DNA of 63,961 nucleotides, the filler included, from Reclinomonas americana ATCC 50394 (Eukaryota), in the NCBI GenBank assembly GCA_048213135.1. It is 17 parts of 17 records of this genome, joined end to end, with 100 filler letters (N's around TTAATTAATTAA, not from the genome) between each part and the next. Parts side by side here need not be neighbours in the genome. Positions count along the whole stretch, not along the records: positions 22,530 to 28,077 come from AFZH01017808.1; positions 28,178 to 33,611 come from AFZH01017809.1; positions 33,712 to 44,747 come from AFZH01017810.1; 14 more parts are not named here. One strand, written 5' to 3'. Each line of letters starts with the position of its first letter. Positions within the stretch are counted from its first letter, which is position 1. Below the pieces are notes generated by a model, which saw nothing but the letters and a program-made list of their open reading frames with translations, had not been told where the DNA came from and did not search any database. This document shows positions 26,287-38,600 of the stretch, in pieces. The position numbers and the translations under genes were made by a program.

Positions 26287-28595
26287 TAGCGGACGGCTGC
26301 GCTTTCGAGTCACTGCAATGCGGTAGTGTGAGACCGAGAAACCGGCACTTCAATTGGGGCCATGGATGTTCCACCTGACAGTCCGAAAGGTGAAATCGAG
26401 CTTGTAGCAACTGGCGCCGCGCGTGTGCGGAGCAGCACGGGTGATATCACCGACGACGATGATGGGAACGCGAGGCTGCAAGAGAAGAGTATGCACGTAT
26501 GAGGTGTGTCTCGACCAAAGTGCCAAATGGGGATACGAAAAAACAAGCTCGACATAAAATAACAAACCGAGGCAGCAGTGGTGGCGACTGAAGCGCAGCA
26601 GTGGAGATGCTCGTGGAGGAGTTGCGGCGGAAGACGGGCGGAGAGGCGACGGGTCGACGAAGTTGAGATTCGCCGAAATCGGCACGCGCCAGAGCGTACG
26701 CCAACTCCGCTGCAGCAGCCTCGGCTGTTGGGGTGATCTCCTGGCGAGGGCACACAGACAGACAGAGAGAGATTGCAGTGAGCTGACAAACAAAGGGCAC
26801 GTAGGTGGATAGTGGAGATCGGATTACAGGCATACGAGAGAGGGAAAGTGTGGTGAAAGGACGTACAGTTGGGCGCAGCAGTATCATTGTTGGCATACCT
26901 CGGATCCGGAGTGCATGATGATATTGCAGTCGAAGGCAGTGGTTCACACGAATTGCCAGCACACACACACACACACAAAAGAAAGCGTCTCGATCGGTTC
27001 TCCTTTCTTTTTTGCTTTTCTCGTATGCTGACTGTCTGCTCTCCCACAGCAGACACAGAAAAATAATAGTGATAGAACGGAGTGAAAAATATCCGAACGT
27101 TCACGTCAATTCCGGATCCGTCTGATTGCGGCTCCCTCTTGTGTCTCACGTGGTTGGTGGAGGAGAGACGCTGCATGTGAGTGCACGATCCTGCGGACAC
27201 CCGCAAGGTGGTGCACACCGCGCGCACCACCAGTATTCTCTCCCGACCGGCAAGAGAACGCATGCGGAGTGAAAACAATATGTTTGAACGGAATCACAGT
27301 CACGGGCCGGCTTGTTCGGCACATACACGCACGATTGCGTGGCATGCACATGTAGTTGACACTTGTGCAGGGTCGGGCACTGCGAGCTGTGCATGGCGAC
27401 CAGAGAGAGTGAGGGCTGTATATGTCTGAAACTGCCAGATCTAGAAGAAACAGAGAGGCGGCCACCAAGCGCACTCGTGCTCAGACACTGCATGGTCGCG
27501 AAACTGCCGCATTGGGGGTGCAGGCGAGGGCGGTGGTCAGTGCAGCAGCGACTGGACTTGCATGGGCAGGGAGGGAACCCGGACTTGCCGCCGGGAGCAG
27601 ACATACCGATTGTTCTTTCTCTCGGCATCTCAGCCGAAGCCTCTCTCCGGTGCACCGTGATGCCAAGAAGACGCAACACTCGGCTGGGGCTTGGAGGCGA
27701 GAAAACACGCAGTCTGCAAGTCCGGATCTGCATCGCCATCGTCGCGATGAAATCGAAAAAATTCTGGAGGCGAAGCCGACATCGCGGCCGGCTATGGCTT
27801 GCATGGAGTCTACCGTATTGGGCAGTGAATCGCGACCACGCGACCGACGTGGAAGCAATCGTAAGTCGCCAGGTGAACGCAACTGTCGAAATCAGTGATG
27901 TGAGATTCCGAGAAACTCTTGTGCAGACACATGAGCTCCCGAATCGAGCTGAAGTCGAACTCCGCTGCCGCGCTCCTGGACCCAAAGTGCATCGCAGACA
28001 GCAGCAGCAACGACAGTTCCCTGTTGGTGCTCAACTCATCGCTGTACACAATGAATGCAATTGGTCTTCGACAAAACNNNNNNNNNNNNNNNNNNNNNNN
28101 NNNNNNNNNNNNNNNNNNNNNTTAATTAATTAANNNNNNNNNNNNNNNNNNNNNNNNNNNNNNNNNNNNNNNNNNNNTCATTCACCAACAACCAACAACA
28201 TGTTGCTTGTTTGTTGGTGAATGAATTGTTGTTGTTGTTGTTAGTCGTTCGTCGAGCAGCGAAATCACACACGAGAGGGCGAACGAGGCATGTGTACACT
28301 GTTGTTTTCCGCAACGCGGCTGTGCATCCGCAGCGAACAAGCTGTCCACATTGCATTCGCAGGCGGCTCATTCGCATCTGCATTCCCTAGGCCTGCGCAT
28401 GCGCATGCGTTGACCATCTTGCGATCGACGTCGACATCGATCCGCAGCTGGCGCTTGGTGCCATTGTTTCCCGAGCGTACTAGTCACCATCTTGCATGCT
28501 TGTACTGCACTGGACCACTGCCGGTTTCTTTGTTTCATGCTGGACAAATCACCACGCGCGAGCAACTCACTCTCTCTGACACCACGCACAACGCG

Positions 28596-31500
28596 ATGGC
28601 CTCCTCATCCGCCGCACCTCACCACCATCATCGCCACCACCACCACCATCGCAACCTCGACGACGTCGACTCCTCCGCCACCACCACCACCATGCTTCTC
28701 GCCGACGACGACGACGACTCTATTCCCATCTTCCTCTCTCTGTACAACAGCTGCGGTCCTGCCGCACCCGCGACGCGCATCCGTGTCCTCTCGCACGCCA
28801 AACACATGGCCGCGCTCTTGCTACTCGACGAAGACAAATTGTCGACCGCATCGTCATCCTCGTCACAGTCGTCGTCGTCGTCCTCGGCGGCGTCCTCTGA
28901 CGCTGACGATAACGCCACCACGACAACGGCCAACGATGCCGACGTTGACACGTTGGTCGAAGGCGCGAAAGCAGCGGTGTTGGGGGCGACGGAGTTGACG
29001 GAGTCGAGGAGGCGCACACGTGGACATGTCGGCGATCCCGCTGAACTGCTCGCGGTCACGCTGAGACAGTTGCGCTGTGCTGTCTGTCTCTCTCTGTGTC
29101 CTTTGCGTGTTCTGATCTGTTTGAGGTGCAGTGGTGAGCGGTTTGCGACGATCTTGCGGTTGCCTAATCCATTGGCGTGTGGGTGAGTCAGCGTGGCATT
29201 GTCCTTGAAAGGGAACGGGGAAGGGAAGGAGAGTTGTCTGAGGGAGAGGGGGCGAGAGAGGAATGGGAGGAGAAGGGCAAGAGTCGCGCGATTCTCCTTT
29301 CCCCGATCGATCATCGATTGCTCGTTCTCCTTGATCGCTCGTCGATCGCTCTCTCTTCCTTGTCGATCGCTTGAGCAATCTCGTTGTCGATCGCTCACTC
29401 TTCCTTGTCGATTGCACACTCTTCCCCACCCACCGCTCACTGTCCCTTGCTCCACTTGTTCCTCTGTGGCTTTGCTCCTCTGTCGCCTTGCTCCTCTGTG
29501 GCCTTGCTCCTCCTCTGTCGCTTTGCTCCTCCTCTGTCGCTTTGCTCCTCCTCTGTCGCTTTGCTCCTCCTCTGTCGCTTTGCTCCTCCTCTGTCCCTTG
29601 CTCCGCTTTGCTCCTCTGTCGCTTTGCTCCTCTGTCGCTTTGCTCCTCTGTCGCTTTGCTCCTCTGTCGCTTTGCTCCTCTGTCGCTTTGCTCCTCTGTC
29701 GCCGTGCTCCTCTGTCGCTGTGCTCCTCTGTCGCTTTGCTCCTCTGTCGCTTTGCTCCTCTGTCGCTTTGCTCCTCTGTCGCTTTGCTCCTCTGTCGCTT
29801 TGCTCCTCTGTCGCTTTGCTCCTCCTCTGTCGCTTTGCTCCTCCTCTGTCGCTTTGCTCCTCCTCTGTCGCTTTGCTCCTCCTCTGTCGCTTTGCTCCTC
29901 CTCTGTCGCTTTGCTCCTCTGTCGCCTCGCTCCCTTGTCCCTTCTCGATCTCCCTCCTCCTTCCCCTTCGCTCACTCCCCCCTCAGCCTATCGAGCAGCG
30001 ACGGCGGTCTGCTGCGCTTCGAGATCGCCGCCGAGAAGCGCAAGGACGAGGACGATGGAGAGGAGGCGGACAGCGATGTCGAGTCGTCGATGGTGGCTGA
30101 GTTTTTGGTGAGCTCAATGGATCCATCGCGACCGCCGGCCTCGTTTGTGACTCCCATTGTGGCGCTGGAAGTTGAGTAGTGGAGAGAAAGTGGCAAGAGT
30201 ACGGACGGTCTCTCACTCTCCCTTTCCCCTTTCCCCCTTTAGCTACTGCGCTTCCGAAAAAACCTGATGTACGGCCCGCTGAAACTCAAGCTGGTGCCGG
30301 AGACCAACCTCTGGCCCTTCTCCTCCTCGTGGGTGACGATGGAGTTGCAAGGAGCACACATGGATCGCCTCGTGCCGCTGCTGCGTGGCCCTGGCGTGCA
30401 ACCAGCCGTCGTGTCCTCCATTTTCCGTCTCTTCCAGTCGCACCAGCACAAGCAGCAACAGCAGCAGCAGGCGGCGGCTAATCGCCCTCGCATTCGCGTC
30501 TCGCTGGACTCGAATGTGCGACGGCGCGACATTATCCGCATTCACGATCCACCACCCGCCGACTCATTCTCTTCGCCGTCGGCGTCGCTGGCGGCGTCAG
30601 GGGTGGTGAGTCGGCGCGGCATGACACCTGTGCTGCTGCTGCGACCACCAGCGGCGGCTGCGGCGGCGGCTGGTTCTGCGGCCAACTCGGCACGCGATTC
30701 TCGTCCCTCGTCGACCACGTCGAGCGAGAGTGGAAGGAACTCGACGCCGGAGCACCGCATGAGTCTGGAGAGTGTGCGATCGGGTGTGACCCACCTCAAG
30801 CGGCTGAACGTCAGCGATTTGCGAATAAGGGTGGTTGGCGTTGGAGGTGAGTGCGAGTTTAGTGGTGGGCGAGATGTTTATGATTTTGCTGATGTGTATT
30901 TGTGCAGGCGAGGATGTCGTGAAGCGCGAGACCGCGCTGGCAAGACACATGATGCGGGAGGTGCCGGGCGTCACATGCCAGTGTGCGAGCGAGGGATTGT
31001 TGCGTCTCGTTTCTGATTGTGTGCGTCTTTCACTGTCGCTGGTGCTCTATCGCTGTTGTTTTGTCGCTGTGGCTCCTGTCGCTGTGGCTTCTGTCGCTGT
31101 GGCCTCTGTCGCTGTGGCTCCTGTCGCTGTTGCTCCCTGTCGCTGTTGCTCCCTGTCGCTGTTGCTCCCTGTCGCTGTTGCTCCCTGTCGCTGTGGCTCT
31201 GCCTCTTTCTTTTCTCATCTTTCCCTCCACTCCTCCCTTCTTTCCCCTTGCTCACCATGTCTTCCCTTTTCCCCACCACAGTGCTGACACGGACTGCGAC
31301 GTGGTGGTGCTGGCCTTCTCGGCTGTGAACACCGACTCGCTGGTTGACGATCGCGCACAAGCCTTTCGCCAGCTGCGCGGCACGGAGGGCTCCGCCATGC
31401 GCCCACTCCCAATCGTGTCGGCGTTGATCTTTGACGGCTTGTCGGAGGATGTGTGCGCGGTGTTTGAAGCGTCGGAGCGCACGCGGCAGGAGATTCAGAC

Positions 31501-32703
31501 GGCTCTCGACCGTGTATGTCCGCGCAGCGGTGAGTCTCTCTCCCCATCCCTCACCTTTCCTCTCTTCCCATTTCCCTCCGCTCACCCTCCTCCGCAGACC
31601 ACTGGCGCTCGCACTTTGTGGACCCCACACCCGTGGTGGTGCCCATGTGCGCCGACTCCCAGGCCGCACCGACCCGCACGCACTCGCGGGCCATTCTGCG
31701 TCTCCTGCAGCAGTGCGCCAAGTACGCGCTGCGACCGAGTGCACCTGTGGCCGTGGCCGCCGCCGCCGCCTCCTCGGCCTCGTTGCGACATCGCCGACAG
31801 CGTGGAGCAGCCGCAGCAGCTGCCGGCGGCGGCACTGGCAGCAGTACCGCCAGTCACAGTGGCGGCAGCAGTGCCGGCAGCAGCAGTCGCCACGGCTCCA
31901 TCTCCGCTCCGGCCAGCTCATCCACCGCGCAACAGCAGCGACAGCGGGCAGTGGTCAAGGCTTCGCGGGCGGCGGCCGCCACGATGGCCGTGCCGCGCAG
32001 TTTGCCGGCCTCGGTGGCCTCGAGCAGCAGCACCTCGCAGAATCCCTCCACACCCGTGTGGGTGTCGCGGCCCTCGGCCTTTGACCAGTACGGCCGGCCA
32101 GTGGAGCTGTCGACCGTGGCCTTGCATCTGTGGTGCGTGGCCGAGGAGGACCACTGCCTGCGCTCGGCGCTGCTGTCGCTGCGTCGCTTCTGCGTGGCAC
32201 AGAGCTGGCGCATGTCGGCCATGAAGCGCACGAGTCCGGCCGTGGCCGTGTGGGCCCATGTGCACACGGCCGCCGAGCTGCGCGAGGGTCCCTCCGACAT
32301 TCCCGTGCGTTTCCCCATCAACTCGCGCCACATTCTGTGCGCGGAGCGCGGCGGCGCACGCTGCCTGCTGCTCGGCGCCGACGGACTCTTCACCGGTCTC
32401 GTCAACCACTACCTCCTCCACTCGCCCGTCTTTCTCTACGTCCGCGTGGCCGATGGCGGTGGTGCTGCATCGGCGGCCGCTGCCGCGTCTGATGACGCGC
32501 CACGACAGCCGCCGGCAGTGGAGCTCGACTGGACGCCACTGGGTCGGTTGGTGACCACCGCCGGCGAGGAGGGCACCGAGGCCGAGCTGAACGCCGCCAA
32601 CCGATTCTGGAGTCGAGTGGTGGTCGACACGCTGCCGCAGCTGGCGAGCGGTGGTGGAAGCAGTGAGCAGGTTGCCGAGGAGGATGATCGGGAGTGCAAG
32701 TGA
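28596..32703 (+). CDS. Hypothetical multi-exon protein, possibly with a degenerate small-GTPase-like segment
   Basis: ATG at 28596; introns inferred at 29069, about 29183, 30171, about 30848, 30999 and 31530 join open frames, ending in TGA at 32703. No confident family. Confidence 0.7.
29460..29935. repeat. Intronic minisatellite, 16/19-bp unit GCTCCT(CCT)CTGTCGCTTT
   Basis: About 25 near-perfect tandem copies. A related CTGTCGCTGT(G/T)GCT array lies at about 31060-31200 in another intron of the same gene. Confidence 0.92.
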
Positions 32704-33354
32704 AGGGTGGAAATTTGATCAGAGGGTCAGAGGGGCGCCGAGTGGATTCTTCTTGCCAGATACCACTGATGGAGAGTTGCCGTTTTGCTCACCAGGGTGG
32801 TATGTTGCCTGCTTGTTCATGTGTCGAGCACGGCGGCGTTTCCTACTGCAAATTGGCCGACTTCGAAGACATGTTCCTCTGCATGGAGGCGACTGTTTGC
32901 ATGGAGAGGTGAAAGCCTTGTCAGCAGGCCGCCTGCCGACATTGACGTCGCTGTATTGAGGCAACTGCCAGTCTTTGCTTAATCGTGACACAACGGTGGA
33001 AGCCCTGTCTTGGCCACAAGATCAGCTTCTTGCCTGTTTGCAATCATCTCTGCCCCTATTTGGAGGCCTTTGTTTCCCTCTTTGCGTAGTCGTGGCACAA
33101 GAGTGGAAGCCTTATCTGCACTCCTGGTGGGCACATGAGCAGCTTCTCGACTGCCTGCTAAGTCTGATATCAACTTCGAAGCTCTCTGCCGCTGTTTGCA
33201 GGCAGTTGCTTCCCTCTTTGCACAACAATGATGCCAGTGTGTCTTGGCAATTCAGGCAGCTCCTACCTTGCACACGAGGAACGTCACACTCGAGAGACAA
33301 GTGTCCTTCCCCCTGCGTCCTGCTCCTCTCTTTTTCCAGTGTCTCTGAGGGGGA

Positions 33355-35559
33355 ATGGGCAAGGTCGCTGCAGTGAGTGTGTGTTGTGTGAGTGGCTTTC
33401 TGCTGAGAGTGTCTCTGTGGATGTTCCTCGGCGGGTATGACACGTGTCGCGAGTGGTTTGGAAGGAGCTATGTGCTCTCCAATGCCTTTGTGGAGAGTGA
33501 AAGACGTGAGTTGAGGGAGGAGAGGAGGGAGAGAGAGAGAGAGAGAGTGAGAGAGAGAGAGAGAGTGAGGAGGGAGGGAGAGAGTACTTGTCTGTGTGTA
33601 CGTGCATGCTANNNNNNNNNNNNNNNNNNNNNNNNNNNNNNNNNNNNNNNNNNNNTTAATTAATTAANNNNNNNNNNNNNNNNNNNNNNNNNNNNNNNNN
33701 NNNNNNNNNNNTCTCTCTCCCTCTCTCCCCTCTCTCCTCTCTCCCTCTCTCCCCTTCTTTCCCCATCTCTTCCCCTCCTTTCCCCTTCTCTCCTCCCTTC
33801 TCTCCCCCCTTCTCTCCTCCCTTCTCTCCCCCCTTCCCCCTCATCCTTCTCATTCCCCTCTCCCTTCACAGTCATCGAGGCCTCCGACATGGTTCTCCGC
33901 CACGAATCACCATACTCTGCGGCCTTCTTCCACGGCCCTCCACTGCTGCTGCACGCGTACACCACCGTTCGCCAGCTGCTGCCCAACGCCGAGTTGGCCT
34001 TCCTTGTCATCTACTCGCTGCTCGATGCACTCGGTGCGTGGTCGATTGCCTCTGCCGTGGCGTCGGTGCTTCGCCGGTGCGACAAGGAGGAGGAGTTGCA
34101 TGAAGACAGGCTGAAGAAGCACCGTCAAGTCGCGGTATTGGCTGCTGCATGGTGGGTGGAGCGATGCGATCTCGGTTCCCTTGCTTGTCCTTGTCTCCTT
34201 CATCTCGCGCTCTATAATTCCTTTCTCCATTCCCTTTGCTCTTTTCGCCATCTCCCTTTGTTGTTGTGCGCCCTCTCCTCGTTCTCGCTCTCCTCGCGTT
34301 CACTTTTGCATTGCCTCTGTCGTTTACCTCTTCCATCCTGTCGTGACAGTGGTGCAATCGAAGAGAAACGAGAAGTAATGAGACGAGGTTTGAACCAGGG
34401 CATGCGAACAGAAGATTGAGGCCGGAGGAAGGAAGAGCGACAAGAACAAGCAGAGAACAAGCTCACAGATCTCCCCCTTTCCCCCCTCCCCTTATCTTTC
34501 CATCCCTGCTCCATATTCCTTCCGCTTGCTCTTCCACTGACTGTTTTCTCGAATCTCATCAATCTCATCTCCTTCTTTCTCCTCTCTCTCCTCCCCTCTT
34601 TTCCCCTTTCCCCCCTCCCTCCCTTCCCCTTCCCTTCCCCATCTCCTTTCCCTTTTTTCCCTTCTCCCTTTTCCTCACCCTTTGCCTTTTCTTCCCCCTC
34701 GCGCAGCTACGCTCTCAACCCCGTGACCATCCTCTCCACCCTCTCCCTCTCCTCCACCACCCTCCACGTCTCGCTGACGGCCGCCGCTCTGGCCGTATCA
34801 CTGCGCGGCGCCCTGCACCTGGGTGCCGCGCTGCTCGCCACGGCCGCCTATTTCGGCCTGTATCCCGCGCTGCTGCTGCCGGCGCTGCTCCTGCTAGTGC
34901 CGACGTCGGCCTCGTGGTGTGCCACTCTGTCGCGCCGCCTGTCGACAACCGTGTGCTTTGCGTCGACGCTGACGGCGTTGCTGGCGTGGAGCTGGATCGT
35001 CACCGGCGGCTCGTGGGACTTTGTGCACAACACGTACCTGGCGCAGGTCGCGGTGGACGAGTTTGCGCCCAACGCCGGCGTCATGTGGTACGCCTACTCG
35101 GAGATTTTCGCGCCGTTCCGCCCCTGGTTCCACTTTTTCATGGCCGTGCATCCGGCCATCTACGTGCTGCCGCTGTGTGTGGCCTTTGCGCACGATGGAC
35201 CGTTTGTGTTCCTCGTGCAGTGGCTGCTGCTGGCCGTGCTGCGCACGGTGCCGAGTGACGTGGAGCTGCTGTCGGCGTTGATCCTGGTGCTGGGCTTCCC
35301 TGAGCTGCTGCGCAAGAATCGCGGCTGGTGGATCTTTATTGTGATCGGGAATGCCATTCGTGTGTGCATTGCGCCGGCACTGCACACGGGCTGGTTGCAT
35401 CACGAGACCGGCAACGTGAACTTTCCGTTCAAGGCCAATGTGGTGCTCGGCCTCATGCACATCATGTCGCTGGCACTGCTGTTGCGCGCCAAGTTGGGTG
35501 TGCAGGACGAACAGGAGGAGGCGGTGGAGGCGGAAAGAGGGGAAGAAGGGGAAAGGTAA
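33355..35559 (+). CDS. PIGU: GPI transamidase subunit PIG-U/Gab1
   Basis: Three exons give ...AFVESER|LIEASDMVLRHESPYSAAFFHGPPLLL, C|YALNPVTILS, LATAAYFGLYPALLLP, FAPNAGVMWYAYSEIFAPFRPWF and WLHHETGNVNFPF. Multi-pass membrane protein. Confidence 0.9.
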
Positions 35560-35617
35560 TGACAAGTAAACAATTCATTTTCGTTAAAGAGATAAAACAC
35601 GGAATGCACACACACAA

Positions 35618-38600
35618 TTAGGGAGCCGGGCTGTGTGGTTTCAGCACCTCCTGCCCGCACGCACTGTGTTCCAAGTGCGCAAAGAGGCGCTCCACAGTCG
35701 AAAATGCCACTGCACACATGTCGCAGCGGTACACCGAGTCGGAGCGCGCCAGAGCGGCTGCCGCAGCGACAGGTGGTGCCGGCTGACGCGGTGGGTGACG
35801 CGGTGGCATTGAGCGGATCGAATCGGCTTCATCGTCCGACATGCACTCCTCCGTGCTCAGCGCATCGTCGCGGTCCCTCCTCGCTGGCGGTTGCGAGGGC
35901 GGTGAACGCGCGGCAATCGACGCCGGCGGCGACACGTCCAACCGTGGAGGCGGTCTCGATGCGGCCTGTGCCGGTGCAGGAGCAGGTGGTGGCGATTGTT
36001 GTTGCTGCTGCACTGCCGCTCGTGGTGCGGCAGATACTTCGGTGGGACGCGCCATCATCGGTGGCTGTGGGTGGGAGGGTGGCGGAATGGAGTTTGGTGG
36101 GCGCGATGCGGCGGCGGGCAGGAACGGAGCTGCTGCCGCTCGTGCCGACAGCGACGACGTCACATCGAGCGACGGCAGTGAAGGCATGGAATCGATGCTG
36201 TCGGCACTGTCATGGCGTCGATTCGCCGCCGCCGCCGTCGCAGCCGCTGAAGCTGCTGCTGCTGACTGCGCTGATGTTGGTTGAGCTGGTATGCCTGGAC
36301 GCGCTGGCGCTCCTGCCGCCGCCCTGCCCGCTGCGACTTGTGAGGGGAGCGGCTGAATATTGGGAATCGGGCGAATAATGTTGGTGGGCGGTGGGCTGTT
36401 GCCCAGCAGCGGGCGCACACCAGATGCCAAGCCAGCGTAGGCGGGATTGCCGCCAGCCACGCGTGGCGGCAAGGCCATTGGGCGCACCGGCGACACGGCG
36501 GCACCGGGTGCCAATTGACCGCCTGGCAGCCACATTTGCGGTGGGGGGCGCGCGCTTCCCGACCCTGCTGCGCCGCTGTTCATTCCTGTGGCCGACCCGC
36601 CCGAATTGAGCAGCGGTGCTTGTGGAGGTCTCGGTGGTGGTGGCGACGGAATGGCCATTCGACCACCCATGTCTGTGCGGGTAACACGAAAGAGTCAACA
36701 AACCAGCAGCTCGTAGAATGTAGGCAAGCAGCTCACGTACCAGCATCATTGGCCGACGGACGTTGAGGTGGTGGACTGGCGACACCATCGAAGCGCCGCG
36801 GAGCCATGAGATCGGACGAGAGTGGGGCCGGCGGGTGGTGATCACTGGGTCCGGCGTCTGGCAGATCACGCAGACGGAATTCACCACCGGCGACCTGCGC
36901 GTCGACAGCGCCTCCACTCCCACTGCCGCCAACTTCCTCGTACTCCTCGATATCATCGTCACGCTCAGCCAAGAACACGTGCTCAAGCAGCTGACGCGCT
37001 GTTGGCCTCTTGGCGGCATCACTGGGAAAGAGAGACAGGTGAGCGATGAATGACAGCAGCACGCCTACAGCAAGACGCAACGGTGTGAGACACAGGCGGA
37101 AGAACTCGTGAGCTTCGGTCGAAAATGGCGCCGGCAAGGTCAGATCGGCCACCACGCCGGTGCCGATGCGCCACAAAATGGCCAGCTCGTTGCTGACTTG
37201 CGCAAACGGCTCCTCGCCACGTGCCATCTCGTACATCAAGCAGCCAATCGACCAAATGTCGGGCGAGCTGTGGCGGAACAGGGTGAGGAGGAGAACCGAG
37301 AACAGAGCATCGCGAGAGTGACTCACACATCGTGGTATGCTTGGCGAATCATTTCCGGCGACATGTAATGCGGCGTGCCCCGCAACCCCGACGACGATCC
37401 TTTGTCTGCGACGGATGACGGCTTCTCCAGCGACGCATTGCGTGAGCTGGCGGCAGCAGTGGCGGCAGCAGCAGCGGCGGCGCTATTGAGGGCCTCGGTG
37501 AGCTGCGTGCGCAAGACTGTGTCAGGAATGCAAACACAGAAAGAAAAGCAGTCGAGCGCAAGCACACCCGTGGCGAGATGGGAGGACTCTTGGAAGCGGC
37601 GGCGGCGGCGGAGGCCGAGTTGCGACGGCTATCTGGCGGCAACAGTTTGGAGGCACCAAAGTCGGCCAACTGCAAGCAATAAAGTCAGCTCCTCTCCCCC
37701 AGCACCACAAAGCTTTTACCCTGAACATGCCTTGGCAATTCCATTATCATCAATGAGCACGTTGGCGCCCTTGATGTCGCGGTGGATAATGTTGTGGCTG
37801 TGCAAATACGCCAAGCCCTTCAACACCTGTCGCATGTACACGCGAATGGTCTTCTCATTCAGGGCGCCCACACGGCGCACAAGCGACGAAATGGATCCGC
37901 CCGGCACGCGTTCCATGAAAATGTTGAGCACGTCGCCACGGCGCTCCGTGGCAATGTACCTGCATTGTCACACGTTGAGCAAACTGCAATGATCAAGGAG
38001 AGGGGAAGAGAAAAACGCACCGCACAATGTTCGGATGATCGAGCTTCTTCATCAGCGAAATCTCGCGCTCCAGCATGCGCACCTCGTCCTCTGAGTTCCG
38101 CTGCTTCAAGTCGAGCTGCTTGACGGCCATCAAGCGACCGCTGTCCATGTCCAGCGCCAAGTACACCTTGCCAAAGGCTCCCTCACCCAGTGTGCCGGCT
38201 GCGCAAATTCAATGAGTACAAAGCACGCGGGTTGATCGACGGCGACAAACTGACCTTGTCGCCAGTGCAGACCGCCACCGGGAGCGCACACCTTGCGTTG
38301 CACCAGTTGCCGCTGACGAGCCGATCGGTGAGAAAACATTGACAGTGGCAAGTTGAAGAGACGACGAACACGCAAACCTCTCCGACTTGCGGTGCTGCAG
38401 CAGCGGCGGCACCAACAGCAACGTCGTTCATCTCGTCGACGCGAATGTGCATGGTGATGCACGCGAGGCCGTTCTGATCGTAGTAGTCGATGCACCGGCG
38501 CCAGTCCTGTATGCAGAGAGAGCAATGAGTTTACAGAAAGTGGAAGACTCATACACAAGCGCACAATACCTCATCGTTGAGGATGGGTAGGCGGTGGTTT

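Noticed and set aside
29460..29935. Regular repeat array as CRISPR, or as a coding repeat (ORFs 28863-29975, 29193-30179)
   Set aside because: Head-to-tail minisatellite with no unique spacers, lying inside an intron of a eukaryotic gene; no cas genes.
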